Shown in pieces: positions 40,873 to 57,223 of a DNA stretch of 64,000 nucleotides. Numbering within the stretch: the first letter of the stretch is position 1; every line of letters starts with the position of its first letter. Source of the stretch: Marsupella aquatica. Its lineage: Eukaryota; Plantae; Marchantiophyta. A program made the position numbers and the translations under genes. The notes beneath the pieces were generated by a model. It was not told the origin of the DNA. It was given only the letters and a program-made list of their open reading frames with translations, and ran no database searches. Location of the stretch: assembly GCA_973895155.1 (NCBI GenBank), contig OZ316894.1, positions 23,248,709-23,312,708 on the forward strand, read 5' to 3'.

Positions 40873-42114
40873 AACCGTGTTGAAACATATAAGTGGTCAA
40901 AGATTTGCACAACTGGAATGGAGTGCCTCACTACTTGATCCTCTGTTGTAGTTTCCCCGTTGTTGCCTGCGTGGTAGGTAGGTCAAGGTTGGGTAATGTC
41001 CTCACTGGCTATGTTCATTGTATCAAGTTTTTTGGGGTAGAATTATTCTTGTTTTAGGGGAATGATTACGGGATCAATATTTACAAAAATAAAGTGACTA
41101 ACGTTTTGAATATATAAAATTTCACATTAACCAATCTCATCATTATGGTCCAGCACTATAATATCCCCTCCCGTACCCCTGCATGGGCCGTTTGTGGTGG
41201 CTTTGGTCGATCTGGTAGGAGATGTTGCTGATTGTGGTTTGACTGTGCTGCTGGTTCCCCTCTCGCCACTAGGTTTTGGTGGCTCTCATATGTAAAGATA
41301 AAACCATTTCAAGGATATCCACTCCTGCAATTGTTTTCTGTGTGTATTTCTGAAATGCAATCTTGAATGGCATAATCATCCCCTTTTCTGAAATACAGGT
41401 TTTTGAGAACCATTTGACTCACCCCAGAACCCCTAGTCCCTAGTCTCCTCTCCCTACTTGCCTTTGCATGGCCTTGAGCGGGCTGGCCTTCCTGCAAGCC
41501 CTCCACCTCATGACCTGCACCTCACCCTCCATAAACTCACCCCGTCGCTTCTCCCCTCACTTGTGGTTGGCAATCAAAGTGAAAGTAGGCCGAGGTTGGT
41601 TGGTTTCCAAAACTCAAGTCACCCTAGGGACCTTGAGAGACGCTGGTTCTGCTATGGATCAATCCGCAATCAATACCTGAGCGTTCCTAGATCCATAGCA
41701 TGAGACACCTAGGTGATTGCTGAGCACTACCGGACCCATTGCAAAGCTAGAGAAAAAAGTTAAATGAGGCTAAGGGTTCTCTTGTGAAGGGTAGTTGCCC
41801 AACACTGAGCCTCCTGATGAACAGTCAACAGCACCACACAACGCCCGGTGTGTTGACTAAACTTTGTTTAGACAACACTTTTTCATGAACAACACCCCCA
41901 ACAAGATTTCCTTGCCTCAAAGACACTTTCTTGCCATGTATGGAGGTAAAGTGGGTAAAAGTTTGTTCCCTATTTTGGTTCTTTCAAGGCTCCAGTATGG
42001 TCATCTTCCACGACTGGTTGTGACATTGCTTGAGGGCGGATTACCCATGCAGAGCTAATCTTAGCTCTTTGTTGTCCTCTTACAACTGCCTACCTTTGAT
42101 TTAGGTGATTCATG

Positions 42115-42280
42115 AGGTATTTGCTTGATGGGACCTCATAATGAAAAGTGTTACTTGATAGGATGCCCCAGTGATCCAGACTATTAATTGTCCTTGATAG
42201 ACCTTGAATCAATGTATCTAAAACCTTAGGGGTCCTATCAAGTAACATTTTTCATTTTGGGTTCTATCAAGCAAATACCT
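42115..42280. mobile_element. MITE family A, most complete copy (166 bp, ~50-bp TIRs)
   Basis: aggtatttgcttgatgggacctcataatgaaaagtgttacttgatagga ... tcctatcaagtaacatttttcattttgggttctatcaagcaaatacct. Confidence 0.82.
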
Positions 42281-43027
42281 AGGGTGATTAGTTGACCAGG
42301 CACAAGAGTATATTTGGAGTTTGTTTCCTATTCAATGTTTTTATTAACCTCACTTGGGGAGATTTTTTGTTGGGGGCTTCAACTTTCTCCTGATTGCTGG
42401 CCAGAGTTGGCAAAATGCATCTTCATTTTGTGGATTGTGTGTTCCCCTTGGCTGACAATACACTTTTAAGACCTCATTACGGACCCCACTAGAGGAACCT
42501 TCCAAAATTCGAGACTCCACAGCGCGTCACATCACCATGACACGCTCCAAACAGGTATGGATTGGTTTACAAAATAAAATTACTTCACCGTTCGTGTTTG
42601 TGGCAGGATTTTGGTAAAATTGAGTGGCGTAAACCTTGATGTAAAAATGTTTGAAAAATAACCGTTTTATTTACCCTAGGTAACAGAGTGTTCAATTAGT
42701 AGGAGGCTCATCTTCTGTGTTTTTTACCCTGTAACCGCTGCCCACCCGCATTCTGAATTGTGTTTCAATTGAATAATAACTAACTCTCTCTTGGCAAGTT
42801 GATCTGATGACAAAGTAATCATGACAATTTTCTCGACCTTCTGTTGCCATGAAGGAAGAAGTGAACATGATTCTATGTTGGATCACTCAGCACTCCTTTC
42901 CATAGCGTCATCATTGCAGTTCCTAACTCGGTGATGCCTCTCGCTACTGTTAGATTGTCCAACGCATGAGGCACAAGCAAACAAAAGAGAAGCAAGCTTA
43001 GCAGGGTTCAATAAGGGCCTAGTCTAC

Positions 43028-43210
43028 GTGCAGATGATGTTGAAGAGCCTGGGCATGAAAGAAGAACATAGTTATAAGAAGTGTCAACAGATGATCAAGG
43101 GAGTCGATGCAGACGGTAATTGGAAGGTGGACTTTCAGATGATCAAGGGAGTCGATGTGGACGGTAATGGGAAGGTGGACTTTCAGGAGTTCAAGGGCTC
43201 CACGAACTAA
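43028..43210 (+). pseudogene. Calmodulin-like (CML) C-terminal EF-hand fragment with internal 48-bp duplication
   Basis: LKSLGMKE...CQQMIKGVD(A/V)DGN(W/G)KVDFQEFK. No N-terminal EF-hands upstream. Duplicated unit at 43088 and 43136. Confidence 0.75.
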
Positions 43211-45687
43211 TTTTGAATATATGTGGTGGAGGCTTGAGGATCAAGTGGGAAAAACTGTAGGCACCATGCGTCACCAAAGTTTTATAAAGACTAGAAAATA
43301 AAATAAGATGTTATAACTTAAACATAGATAATACTCTTTATTGTATTCCTTTTCTCAAGCTAAGTAGGTTATTTTCAAAATATAAATACTGAGAGAGTAT
43401 TCTTTTCTATAAATCTAGTTACTTTAATCGGGTCTGAATGGCACATGGTATGCTTTAAGAATACACTTAAAGTACCCAAAGCTATACCCCAGGGTGGGAG
43501 TCATTTTTAGATGTTCCTATGTTAGATTGTAAAAAGACATTATAGATTTCTATGATTGTTAGATTCTATGAGAGTGGCCCTCTCCAAACATCAAAGAACT
43601 AACCAGAGAACTACGGTACTACTAGCATAACCTAATCTCTCATATGTATGTAGCCTTTGGTCTTCCTTGAGGTCTTCCTATGTGCTTGGATCCTCTTTCT
43701 TGGTTTTTAGGGGTTTCTTTTTGTTCATTTCTTTTGCGTTTGGTTTTGTTCACTTGGGATTTCTCTTGTTTATTCTTTAATTGTACTCTATTTGGCCCTT
43801 TTCTGTAAAAAGTATGTATATATTTAATAAAACTGTGCTAAGTAAGGCTTTTAGTTCTTTTCTGTTGTTGGGGACTGGGGGTTTGTCGGGGTTTGTCGGG
43901 GCTTGGGCTTTTCGGCTTTTTGGTTTTCTGAGGTGTTTCCCTAGCTTGTTTCCTCCCCTTGATGCCTTCGGGATCTTGTCTCCAGATTGTGTGCTTTTTG
44001 TTCTTTTGTAGTCTGATATATGTTAGTATAACTTGATATATATAAATAAATATATATTGACCCTTGCTTTTCTCTAAATTATGTTTATGGAAGGACCAAA
44101 GATGGCTACTTATCTACACTCTTCACACAATTAGTTTTTGCTCACACTTATTTTGTGACTCAAATTTTTGGCTCCTTCTCAATTACTAGTGTTACCCATA
44201 AAAGAACTTTGCATACATCTTAAACAAGTATTTTGGTCCAAGGGAAAGAATGTGGGTGGCCCAAGTTCTGCATGAAAATCCGACCCTAGCATTACGAATC
44301 AGTGTAGGTAATACACATTTCCATCTTATTATTGTTAGCAACACTGATTTCCCGCTCATAGTAATTATATGCTACTTTGTGCCCGCTGGTCTATGCTGCG
44401 ACGGTCTTTGGAATGCAGGGTGCACCGTCCTCCTTTCTTAAAGATAAAAACTATAAACTAATTAGATTCTAACACTAACAGAAGTGATTTTTAGATTATT
44501 ACACATGATACATGATGAAAATTCTTTGCCACCGTCCTGGCTTCAATCTCATAATTTGTTCTGTTGCTCTGTAGATGAGGGGCTTGGATCTGCATTATTT
44601 GTCATATTTTAATAGTTCTGGTGCTGTCATCGCTTTTTGTCACAAGAGCACGGAAAACCCCCCGTTTGAAGACCGTTTATCATACCAATGATGAGATATT
44701 ATGATGAACAAAAAGCAGTATTATGATAAACGAAAAGCAGAAGACAAGAACAAAAAGGAAGAAAAAGCAAAATATAGGCAAGTGGGCCCCAAAGACTTTT
44801 CTTCGTTGTTGTTGTACTCTTCTACATCGGATGACCCCTTGTTTGTCCATTTCATTTAATGCAGTCACGATAAAAAGTGAAGATATAAGATATTGCGTAA
44901 ACAATGGCTGTCAATGAAAACAAAATCTCTTTGTTTCGGTAGATCCCTCTTTCGGGACTTTAACCATCTCAACAGTTGAGTCCTTTTCACACACACAAAA
45001 GGGGAATGCTCCCCATTCCAACAAATCGCCTCCAATAATGTATAGGATGAATAACCGTTTGGCCACCCAATTTGAAACCAAACTCTTTCCGTAAAAATAT
45101 TATTGGCCACCCAATCTGGAAATATGAAGAGCTTGCATAAAGAAAGCCACAATAAAAGTTTTATGGAAAGAGCAAAACAGGAGTACAAATAACAAACAAA
45201 AGAAATCCAAGGGGTACAAAACCAAAAGGAATAGCAAGGTTTTGCACCTGCTTTGCTCACCAGCTTAGCTCTTTGCTTGCAGTTGCGCTAGCAAAATTGC
45301 CTGACATTTCTTCTGCATTAAGTTATATAGTGGCGGTGGCAGAATATTTGAGGACTAAATTAAAAAATATATGGAAGTTAGACCTTTTGAGGATATTCCT
45401 CATAATCAAACTACAGTACTTTTCTACCATTTAAATTGGTGGCCACACCTTTACGAGCGCCTACAACTTTCAACATAAATGCGCATTTGGCAAGGTAATA
45501 TAGAAACCGTCCGATGGTGGAATCCACGGTCACTGATGCGTGTAGGACACGGGACCCATCCATTGGCATGTGCAGGAAGGCTTTTGTGTAGACTAACCCT
45601 TCAAAATACTGACACAAAAATCGTGGCCATCCATGACAGGAATCGATGGTTCACATGAAGATGTCGTCCTTATCTATATATGGGTGC

Positions 45688-45690
<3 letters not shown>

Positions 45691-45722
<32 letters not shown>
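45691..45722. repeat. (TA)n microsatellite
   Basis: Perfect TA run of about 16 units. Confidence 0.95.
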
Positions 45723-45725
<3 letters not shown>

Positions 45726-46589
45726 GCCAACTGCATAATTATATTGGCGGAGAATGAAAATGTCGACCGTACATAAATCGATCTAAATTAAACCCACGGC
45801 TGCTTTCGTAGTTTCTATGAAAGACGTAAATTAGGAAATAATATAAAATTATGCGAAATTTTATGCAAATAAAGACGGCAAAGCTTCTGTAAATTCCGTG
45901 TTTTTGGCACAACATGCTCATCGATTTCCTAAACCTGAAATATTATACCGGTAGATACGTACATGTAGATACATGACATTTCCTCGTGTCAATATATCGA
46001 ATAAACAACAAGATTGTATTTATGAATCGTATTTCTCTCTAGACGAGTACCGTATGGTGTCCTACATTGTGTGCGACGGTCAAGCCGAGCAGCTGCGACC
46101 GCCCGCCGTGGATATGAAGGACAGCAGCAGCAGGTGTGAGACGCTGTGGACTGTGCAGTCGTAGTCTGCAGTTCTCTTCCGTTTCCGGCATCAATCCGCA
46201 CGCATACCGTTCCAGTTTCATTTCACGGTAAATCGTCCCTGCCGCAAACTAGTGTAGTTCATACGAGTCTGGCATTGGGCCGTCAGCTTGGGTGCTTGAG
46301 CCTACCTTGCCCGGCCGAGCGCCTCAAGGGCCAGGCAGCCAGCCAGCCCTGGAATGTTCGCCTGTTTCTTCCTTCACGAACGTTCCTGGGCAGGTGTGAA
46401 GTAGTGTTTTCTTCTGTGGCAAAAATTAGCCAGATTTTACCTCACTTCAAAGTCTTCGCTACTTTAGGCAAAAAAATGGCAGGCTTTTTGTATTTAATTA
46501 GCAAGTTTTTCTTACTAGTTACAGATTACAGATGATAGGTTTTAGTCATAAGCTAACATCCACAGTTTTTTCAGTGGGTTGTGTACAAG

Positions 46590-46945
46590 TTTTTGGGTTT
46601 CAGCTAGCTTTTATAATGATTTATGGGTCATGCAATATGGCCAATCCTTTTGGCAGAAAATATGGATTATGAATTTGGTAGTGGGTAACTTTTTTTTTTC
46701 CCCTAATCATGGAAACTATTCAAATTTTGAGGTTTGAGATGATCTAGCCCACATATCTCACTAGCCAAGATGGGCTTTTATAATGATATATATGGATAGA
46801 TGTGCAACATGGCCAATCCTTTTGGCAAAAATTATGGATTATGAATTTGGTGGTTCCTAACTTTTTCTATCCCTAAGCATGGCTACTATTCAAATTTTGA
46901 GGTTTGCGATCACCTAGCCCACATATCCCACTAGCCAAGCTGGGT
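46590..46945. repeat. ~172-bp two-copy tandem duplication
   Basis: tggccaatcct..tggca.aaa.tatggattatgaatttggt...ctattcaaattttgaggtttg...ctagcccacatatc.cactagccaag occurs twice. Confidence 0.85.
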
Positions 46946-47559
46946 CATAAACCAACCTAGGAACAGATAAGAAATATTCTCAGTATCACCTACATCAATG
47001 ACAATTGTCACCTTGGCGGAAGTAGAAGAGACTCAAAATTTACCTGGTGTGAAGATTTCTACTCGTGCGGGTGGTGTTTACTCTGTGTGTTACTTTTACA
47101 TCTTGGAACTGTTGGCCTCCAGGACGCAGGAACCCTGAGAACTTGAGAAGGAAGGCACGGCGGCCAGGACACGGCAAGGCAGACCCGTCAAGGCCAGATG
47201 CAGGGCGGGTAGGCAGAGGGCTACGACGGACTCTGTACAGTATACAATGATAACATACAGTGTCTACGGGGTGGGGCCGAATGGCCGATGGGCTGATGCC
47301 TGATGGGGCCGGTTGCGGGAATGTAGATGCCGCATTCCGAGTTTCATTTCGTTTCCCATTCAGCATGGCCCAGCCCGGCCCACCTGATACGCTTCATGGA
47401 AAGGGGCCGAAAAGCAGCGCCGAGACATGGACAGGACAAGCGCGCCCCCAGACCAGCGAGACGGGTGAGTGAGGAATGACGAATGGCCTGACCACCTACT
47501 GTACTCGGTAAGAGGGCCCGGCGGGGCCGGTCCGGGCCGAACAGACCAGAACAAGGAAT

Positions 47560-49637
47560 TCCTCCCTTGCCTCTTTTTATCGTTCCACCGCGCCCCTGGC
47601 CCCTTTGTTGTTGTTGTTGTCTTTGCGGATCTTCCTCCTCATCCTCGCATTCCTTTCCTTTCCTTTCCTTTCTCTTCTCTTCTCTTCGTCGCGTCTCGAC
47701 TCAACTCGACTCGACTCGACTCGACTCTCATCACTCCGCCCTCTCCTTTTCCTCGACGAGTGACGACGAAGACGACGACAATGTCGGCATAAACGCGATA
47801 TGAGAGTAGCATAGACGCCATATCAGAGGGGGCAAGAGGAACGGCGGAAGAAGAGAGAAGTTTGTAGCGAAGTGTGATTTGAGTAGTAGGAGGAAAGACG
47901 CAGCGGTGAGGACATTTTGTTGGCAGAATCGCGCTTGTGGATGCTTTGTTTGTTTGCTTGACTGCCTGCCTGCCCCCGCCAGGGAGCCTGCAGCAGCTGC
48001 TCGTCGGCTGGGCGAGCGGGACCTCGATCTGGCTCAGCGTGTGGGCCTGGGCCCGAAAGTTGATAGCCCCGATTAGTGGCGGTGCCGATGTAGGTGAGTG
48101 TCATAGTCTCTCAGGCCAGCGACGTCAGATGTGTGGAACATTGATCGAAGCCAGCCTCCAAGAGCTTATTCCGTGATGTGTGTTGCTGTTGTGTGGTGGG
48201 ACTCCTTGGGGTTCTGAAGTCGAGAGGAACTGTTGAGGGTTTGCAAGGGGAAGGTGTGTTACTGTAGCTGTTTTGCTCGCTAGTTCTTTCATGGAAATGG
48301 ATGGGGCCGGAGACGGGAATGGAATTCCGGGTGAGCGGGAGTGACGATGTGGTTCTGCATTTCGTGTTTAGCGATTGTTCCACTCTTTTTGGGGAGGTGT
48401 TTCTTTTCGTCTGAGCGCTGTTTTTATTGAGTAGGCCTGGTCGGGGCTGCTTCGAGGGAGGGAAGTCGGGAACAGAGTGACAGGGAGCCGAGTAGGGTTT
48501 GGCAGTGGTGTAGATTGCTCGTAAGTTTCTAGAAGCCTAGAATAACTGCTGCACTGTACTGTATGAAGTCTCCTCTTTCCTTCGTCTTTTCTTTCCTATC
48601 GTTTCCTCTGTTGTGTTCCGCTTGGATCTCGCTTCGCTTACAGAACTTCGGGGCACTTGGCGGCCGAATCGAACCGTTCTAGCCACATGTGCTTCCGCGT
48701 CGAGTTTTCTCTGAATGAGTCGAGTGTGCTTCCATGCGGATCTCGCCTTGTATTGAAACAAGGAGCTGATGACCGAGTCCTAGCCCGAAAAGAAGCAAGC
48801 TATTCTTTCTTCGAGTGCACCTCATGTTGTAGTAGATATAGTCGAAGAGCTTGCCATCGACTTTCAGAAGGTGGCTTCTTCTGTGGCTTTCCCTGTGTAT
48901 CAACACGAGTGTAAAGCTGTTAGTCGTGTATTCGACGGGCATTGCTGTTAGTATGACAGGTTCTGCAAGGGGTATCACGACGGAGGAAGGGTCTCAGGAA
49001 CGTCTGCTTTTGTCTATGAGGGATGTAGGTTTCTGTTGGAGGAATTTCAGATTGTGAGATAGTTGGATGTGGCGTTTGTACAGTTTTGTTGGAGCCATGC
49101 CGAAATCTGCTCATCGATGACATTCCACTCTGCAATGGTCGCAAGTGGGCATTTCTATATAGCCGTCCACCGCATTTGCCTGGCCCTAGTATTTCTGGCG
49201 TCTTCGTGATCAGCATTGCTTCCGTTTCTGAAAGACGTGAAACGCGTTGTGCTGTGTTCAGGTGGTCTCTTGACCTGGAGGTATTTGAAAACAGGGCCCC
49301 GCACTTGAAAGGATAAACTGTTGGAGGTTATTTGGTGGCAAAGCAGGTGTCCGATTAGGACGGTTTCCTGCAAGTTGAGATAACGCTGTTGTAATGGACT
49401 CACAGTCCTGGTGCAGGTCCTGGTGGCAGTCATCTCAGTTCTATAATTAAACAGGTGACAGGAAAACGTCCCTTATCACTGTTGCAGCGAGGAGAAGGGA
49501 ATCTGTGGTAGTCGAAAGATATTGCGGATTTGTTTTAGGCATATTGGCGTAGGCAAACGGAGTACTTCAAACGGAGTACTTCCGCAGGAGCAGCATCAGA
49601 TTAGTAGTTCAGTGACAGCGACAAGTTCAGAGGTGGG
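47560..49637 (+). promoter_or_regulatory. Probable long 5' leader of the bZIP gene, with a leader intron (donor at 48094) and short uORFs
   Basis: CT-rich Y-patch and (CTCGA)n at 47630-47750. Strong donor AG|GTGAGT at 48093/48094. Candidate acceptors near 49454 and 49487. uORFs MSA* (47781), MRVA* (47800), MLCLFA* (47941) and AUG-UAG (48088). The TSS is inferred. Confidence 0.5.
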
Positions 49638-52571
<2,934 letters not shown>

Positions 52572-54471
52572 GATCACAAACAGCTAGTCCAGGAGCAAAC
52601 ATAGCACGAGACAACGAATCGTCTGTCGGACTGTACACATATTCTTGAACCACTACCAGCTGCATGCCGCACCTAGGCTAGGCCGCGCAACCACCTCGGC
52701 ATTGCAAACTGTGATTCATGGCCTAGTTTACGTGATGGGCCATGCGACAGTGTCCCGCGGTTCTGTGAATAATTGGATTCTCTTTGCTCCGCCTGAGTGA
52801 GGTGTTCATTTGCTCGGATGACATCACACATCTGCTCAAATGACTTCGCAGATTTCTATACGGCCATCTTACCCGTCCACTCAATTGCAAGAGGGCAGAT
52901 TCTTTTATGGTCTAATTGTTTTGAATCAATCACCAAGTTGACGTGAAAGAGATCAACAACTGGTCTTTATTGGTTTTAAATAGGGGTGATTCCAAGGTGT
53001 CTTGTGATAACTTTGGTCGCAGTTATTTAGTTTATATAAGTTCTGTTTTTCAATCTTTAGGTTTTATAGGGTACTTCAAAGGAGGTTGTCTGTTGTCTAA
53101 GAGGAACCATTAGTGCACTCATACCTCGGAAGGTACATTTTACTTCCTCCGTTTTCTGCCTTCGTCCCAGACTTCATTTTTTTGAGTGGACTCCGCACGT
53201 GATTGTGAGTGGGGTATGCCTCCGACAGATTGTTATGGACTCCAGTTTTGAATTAGTACAGCATTTGTTTGTATCAGTCGAGGGTATGGAAGGACCCGCC
53301 ACTTGGTCAGGGAATCCCATTTTCATTTGTGAATACGAAATGAGTTTTGTTGTACTCCACGATATGAATCTTGGATGCTCCAACTTCCGTGTGAAGTGCA
53401 GCTTCTTTATGTGTGACGAGGCTTCTAGTTGCTTGTGTGTCATATGCCATTTTGGTGTGGGAATGAGGAATGATTTGTTATTTTGAGAGTTAAACCAGAA
53501 ATATGTCTTTTGTGATGCACTCCCACAATAGGTCTTAGTGTGGCGCTTTGTTTTTCTACATTGAAATTGCGGGTTGTTCAGTATGAATGCTAAATGCTAC
53601 GATCCTCATGATCCTATGCCTCTGCGGATCTCAGGGTGCGCAGGTATTCCCCACGATGAGGTGCACCATGGAACTCGAAGACTCTGAACCATTTTTGGGG
53701 GAATTATGCTGACTCACCATAAGAGACGCCAATATTTTCAGTTATTCCTTTTCTAGAAGAAACCGCCTACCTTTTTAACGGGCGAATGTCATTCGATTCT
53801 ACTGTCGGATGTACCGTGAAGTAGCACAGGCTTTAAGCTCTCGCTTTAATTGAATAGAGACTTCTCGCGAAAGAAATGTCTTATCTTCGACAAGTGTCCC
53901 TGTTTTTCGGATCAACTGACACCGTGGACATGACACTCCCATGTGTCTAGGTTTGGCTGATAGTGCTTGAGCAAATCGCGAAGGACATCTTTTACGAGAA
54001 CTACTCTAAATCATGCATTCACCTGCCATAATTCGTCCTGCTACGTGTGCAACATTACACCTTCTGTCGAATGACTTCCTAATGAGAGGTGCTGGACTGA
54101 ATCAGATGTCCTATGTGCAATTCTCGCGCCCCTCATTGCTGATGGGCACGAGTTCCTCCAGCATGTCGTAACTTTTTGCATGAAAGATGTATGTTCCTTC
54201 GTCCGATTTTCTCCTGATTTGCTTGGGGTCCCTTTAAGCCTGACACTGGGCAGAGCGTAACGACTTCGTCTTTGTGTCAGTTGGGCAGTATGAAATTCCT
54301 CTAATCAGTGGGACGCATGCTTTGCGTCTCGGTCTGCTCTGTCATCCCATTGTCAGGCGACATCTCCCACATCCCTGAAATCTGACGATAGACTTTGACA
54401 CCCAATCAGAATCGCAGTTGGTTCAATCCGCCAACCTGTCCGCAATCGTATCTTGGATTCGTGGTTCCTTA

Positions 54472-54665
54472 TTAAACTACATCAACCCACAACTATAAAA
54501 TTACGTAGTTTTGCAAGGTTTCTATCACAGGACCGAAACAGACCTTAGCTACATGCGTCTTCGAAGAAAGTGTGTCCCCTAAACTACATCAACCCACAAA
54601 CTTACCTAGTTTGCAAGTTTTACGGCAGGAGCGAAAGAGACCTTAGCCACGTGGGTCTTCGAAGG
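54472..54665. repeat. ~108-bp two-copy tandem duplication
   Basis: taaactacatcaacccaca...agaccttagc.ac.tg.gtcttcgaag occurs twice. Confidence 0.8.
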
Positions 54666-55235
54666 ATTGCACAAGGTAACGCGAAATCCAGTGCAAGACG
54701 TTTTGGATGTGTTATCAGGGAAAACGAGTACTGTAGGTACTTTGTACTTCAGTTCTGTGTGTCCACCACGAAATCACCCAACCAGTCTTACATGTTTTCA
54801 TTATCATACTTACGAAGCATCCTCACATGGATGCGAGATTTCGGGACAGATATCCTGACACAAGAGGTGTAACTAGTGTGACCAATCTGGGTAGGCCAAC
54901 TGTCATTTAGTGGCGGATCCAGGGTGACTTGGGCATCTTCTCGTATAGAAACCATGCACTGTCTCGTAGAACTATTCTGGATTCGAGTACGGGTTGAACC
55001 TGCCCGAACCTGCCCAAAGAGCTTTGGGATGTCTTCGCTGTGAGTAACAAGCAATTCTGCCGAAGCAGAACTAGACAACCAGAATGAAGCAAATGCAAGT
55101 TCGCATCAATGCCCACAACCTGAACCAAAGTTTCATGAGTCGCGTAACGAGAATGAGACCATTTCGAGTTGATAGCATTGTCCCACAACCTCAACCAGAG
55201 TTTCATGAGTCAATCTGTGTCCATGCAAGAATTTA

Positions 55236-55444
55236 GTTACTCGTTTTTCGGGCTTAACAGCAGCATGACCTTTCGTTTCACCTCGTTCTTAAGCTCTAAT
55301 GAGAGGAGAAATTCTCAACTGGAACTGATGTTACGAGAATTAAGTGTTACTCGTTTTTCGGGCTTCACAGCATCGATCACCTTTCATGTCACCTCGTTCT
55401 GAAACTCGAATGAGAGGCAAAAGTCTCATACTGGAACTGATGTT
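55236..55444. repeat. ~110-bp two-copy tandem duplication
   Basis: gttactcgtttttcgggctt.acagca...aatgagagg...ctggaactgatgtt occurs twice. Confidence 0.85.
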
Positions 55445-56967
55445 CAGTCATGCATGCATTGAACCACGGAAGTGGCTCCATCACCCTGGCTCACCGCTAC
55501 ACAGGAAGATACTTGAAGTCCTTTGTAGCGTTTGTTGGTGTTGAGAAGGTATCGACCGTTGTACGTCCACATCCTGGAGACAGAATGACACGAGAGGTAA
55601 CGTTGACGAGCATTAACGGGATGGCAGGTAGAGTTCATGGTTCTCTACAGTTTGACGAAAATGTCAAGTTCATAGCAAGATGACAGCTGAGATATGGAAA
55701 AGGAAAGCATTGTTTTCCGTTTCCTGCAGTTCCATTTCTGAGAACATCCAGACAGAAGACATGGATAAACTGAATCACGGTACTGTCAGGGTCAGCTTGG
55801 TTGGTGGCACTAAGGGGGCCGTCTTCAAGTTCCTGTCGATCCCATTAGTTTTTGTCTAAAAGGGTTGTTGACTCAGGGTAACGAACATGAACAATTCAAT
55901 GCGTTGTCGGACTTTGTACCCTGTTCGCAATCTGAAGAAGACAGGATGCAAAGAGAGGTTGCCGTAATGAGCGAAGCTGAGATGGCAAGAAGGATGCGTT
56001 TGCTTTTTCAGGTGGATGTACATATTTGCTGGAGTATGTTGGGTTCCCAGAGGGTTCCTAGTATCGACGTTTGTGCTTGTCTGCGTCGTGAAGACAGGTT
56101 GGAAAAGACCTCAAAGGTGTACTTCCTTCTGGGCAAGCCTTTCTGTGAGAGACAAGTTGCATCCGAAGTCTTGGCTTCCGATGTCTTGGTCATACTTCTA
56201 CTAATGCCTCTAGACAAGCTTGGCTCATAACAAGAGCAAGCCAGCCAGCCAGCCAAAAAGTGGAGTTCTAGTAATGCCTCTGGCCTGAGGCAGATAAGCT
56301 TGGTTCAAAACGAGAGCAAGCCAGCCAGCCAAAAAGTGGGAGAAAAGGAGTTCATAGTCAGTACCACCAAACGAGGGGTATCGTGAATCGTAACAATTGC
56401 TCGCAGAGCCTTCGAACTAAGACACAGAAGCTCTACTTCTCGAATGTCCTAATTCTTCTTAAACCGCAACTTGCCCTATATAAGGGGAAGTGTCCAAGAC
56501 CTCTCCTTTTTTCCACATTTCAATCACTCTTCTCCTCTAGCATGCCAGTTTGCTCCACAATTTTTTAATGGGTTCCCCTAGCTTTTGAAGGGCAGTTGTG
56601 GTTTAAGCCCGTGGTTTAAGCCTGTAAACTGAGACTGTGGGCTTTAAGCCCGTGGTTTAAGCCTGTAAACTGAGACTGTGGGCCATCGGACATGGGATTA
56701 AAGTTCCTTGGTGGTTTCCATATTTGCTCAGCACATTGTCAATGCCCTCACGAGGGACGAGGCCTAGTTTCAATGTGGTCGCAAGACTTATGGAGAACTG
56801 GAATTGGTGATTTTACATCCCCAACGCTGAGAATCCCTTTGACCATAAGTCACCACTACTCGGTATAACTTTTCTTTGCCAACACTTCACATTTCCAACC
56901 AACAATATTTCGCGATGCACCGCACCTTGTGCACAAAGGAACATGTCGCCGTAAAGCAGTCATCTAT

Positions 56968-57223
56968 TGGAGACAGGACATCTCCACTACTACCAAACCA
57001 CTCATGTTTGCTTCGTAGGTTCAGCAACTTACAAGTTGGATTTCAGTCACATTGGTCAGATCGCTTTAGTCCACAAAAGCAATTTGCTTCATAGTGGAGA
57101 CAGGACATCTCCACTGCTACCAAACCACTCATGCTTGTTTCGTAGGTTCAGCTACTTACAAGTTGGATTTCAGTCACATTGGTCAGATCGCATTTAGACC
57201 ACAAAAGCAATTTGCTTCATAGT
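56968..57223. repeat. ~127-bp near-perfect tandem duplication
   Basis: tggagacaggacatctccact...ccacaaaagcaatttgcttcatagtg occurs twice. Confidence 0.92.
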
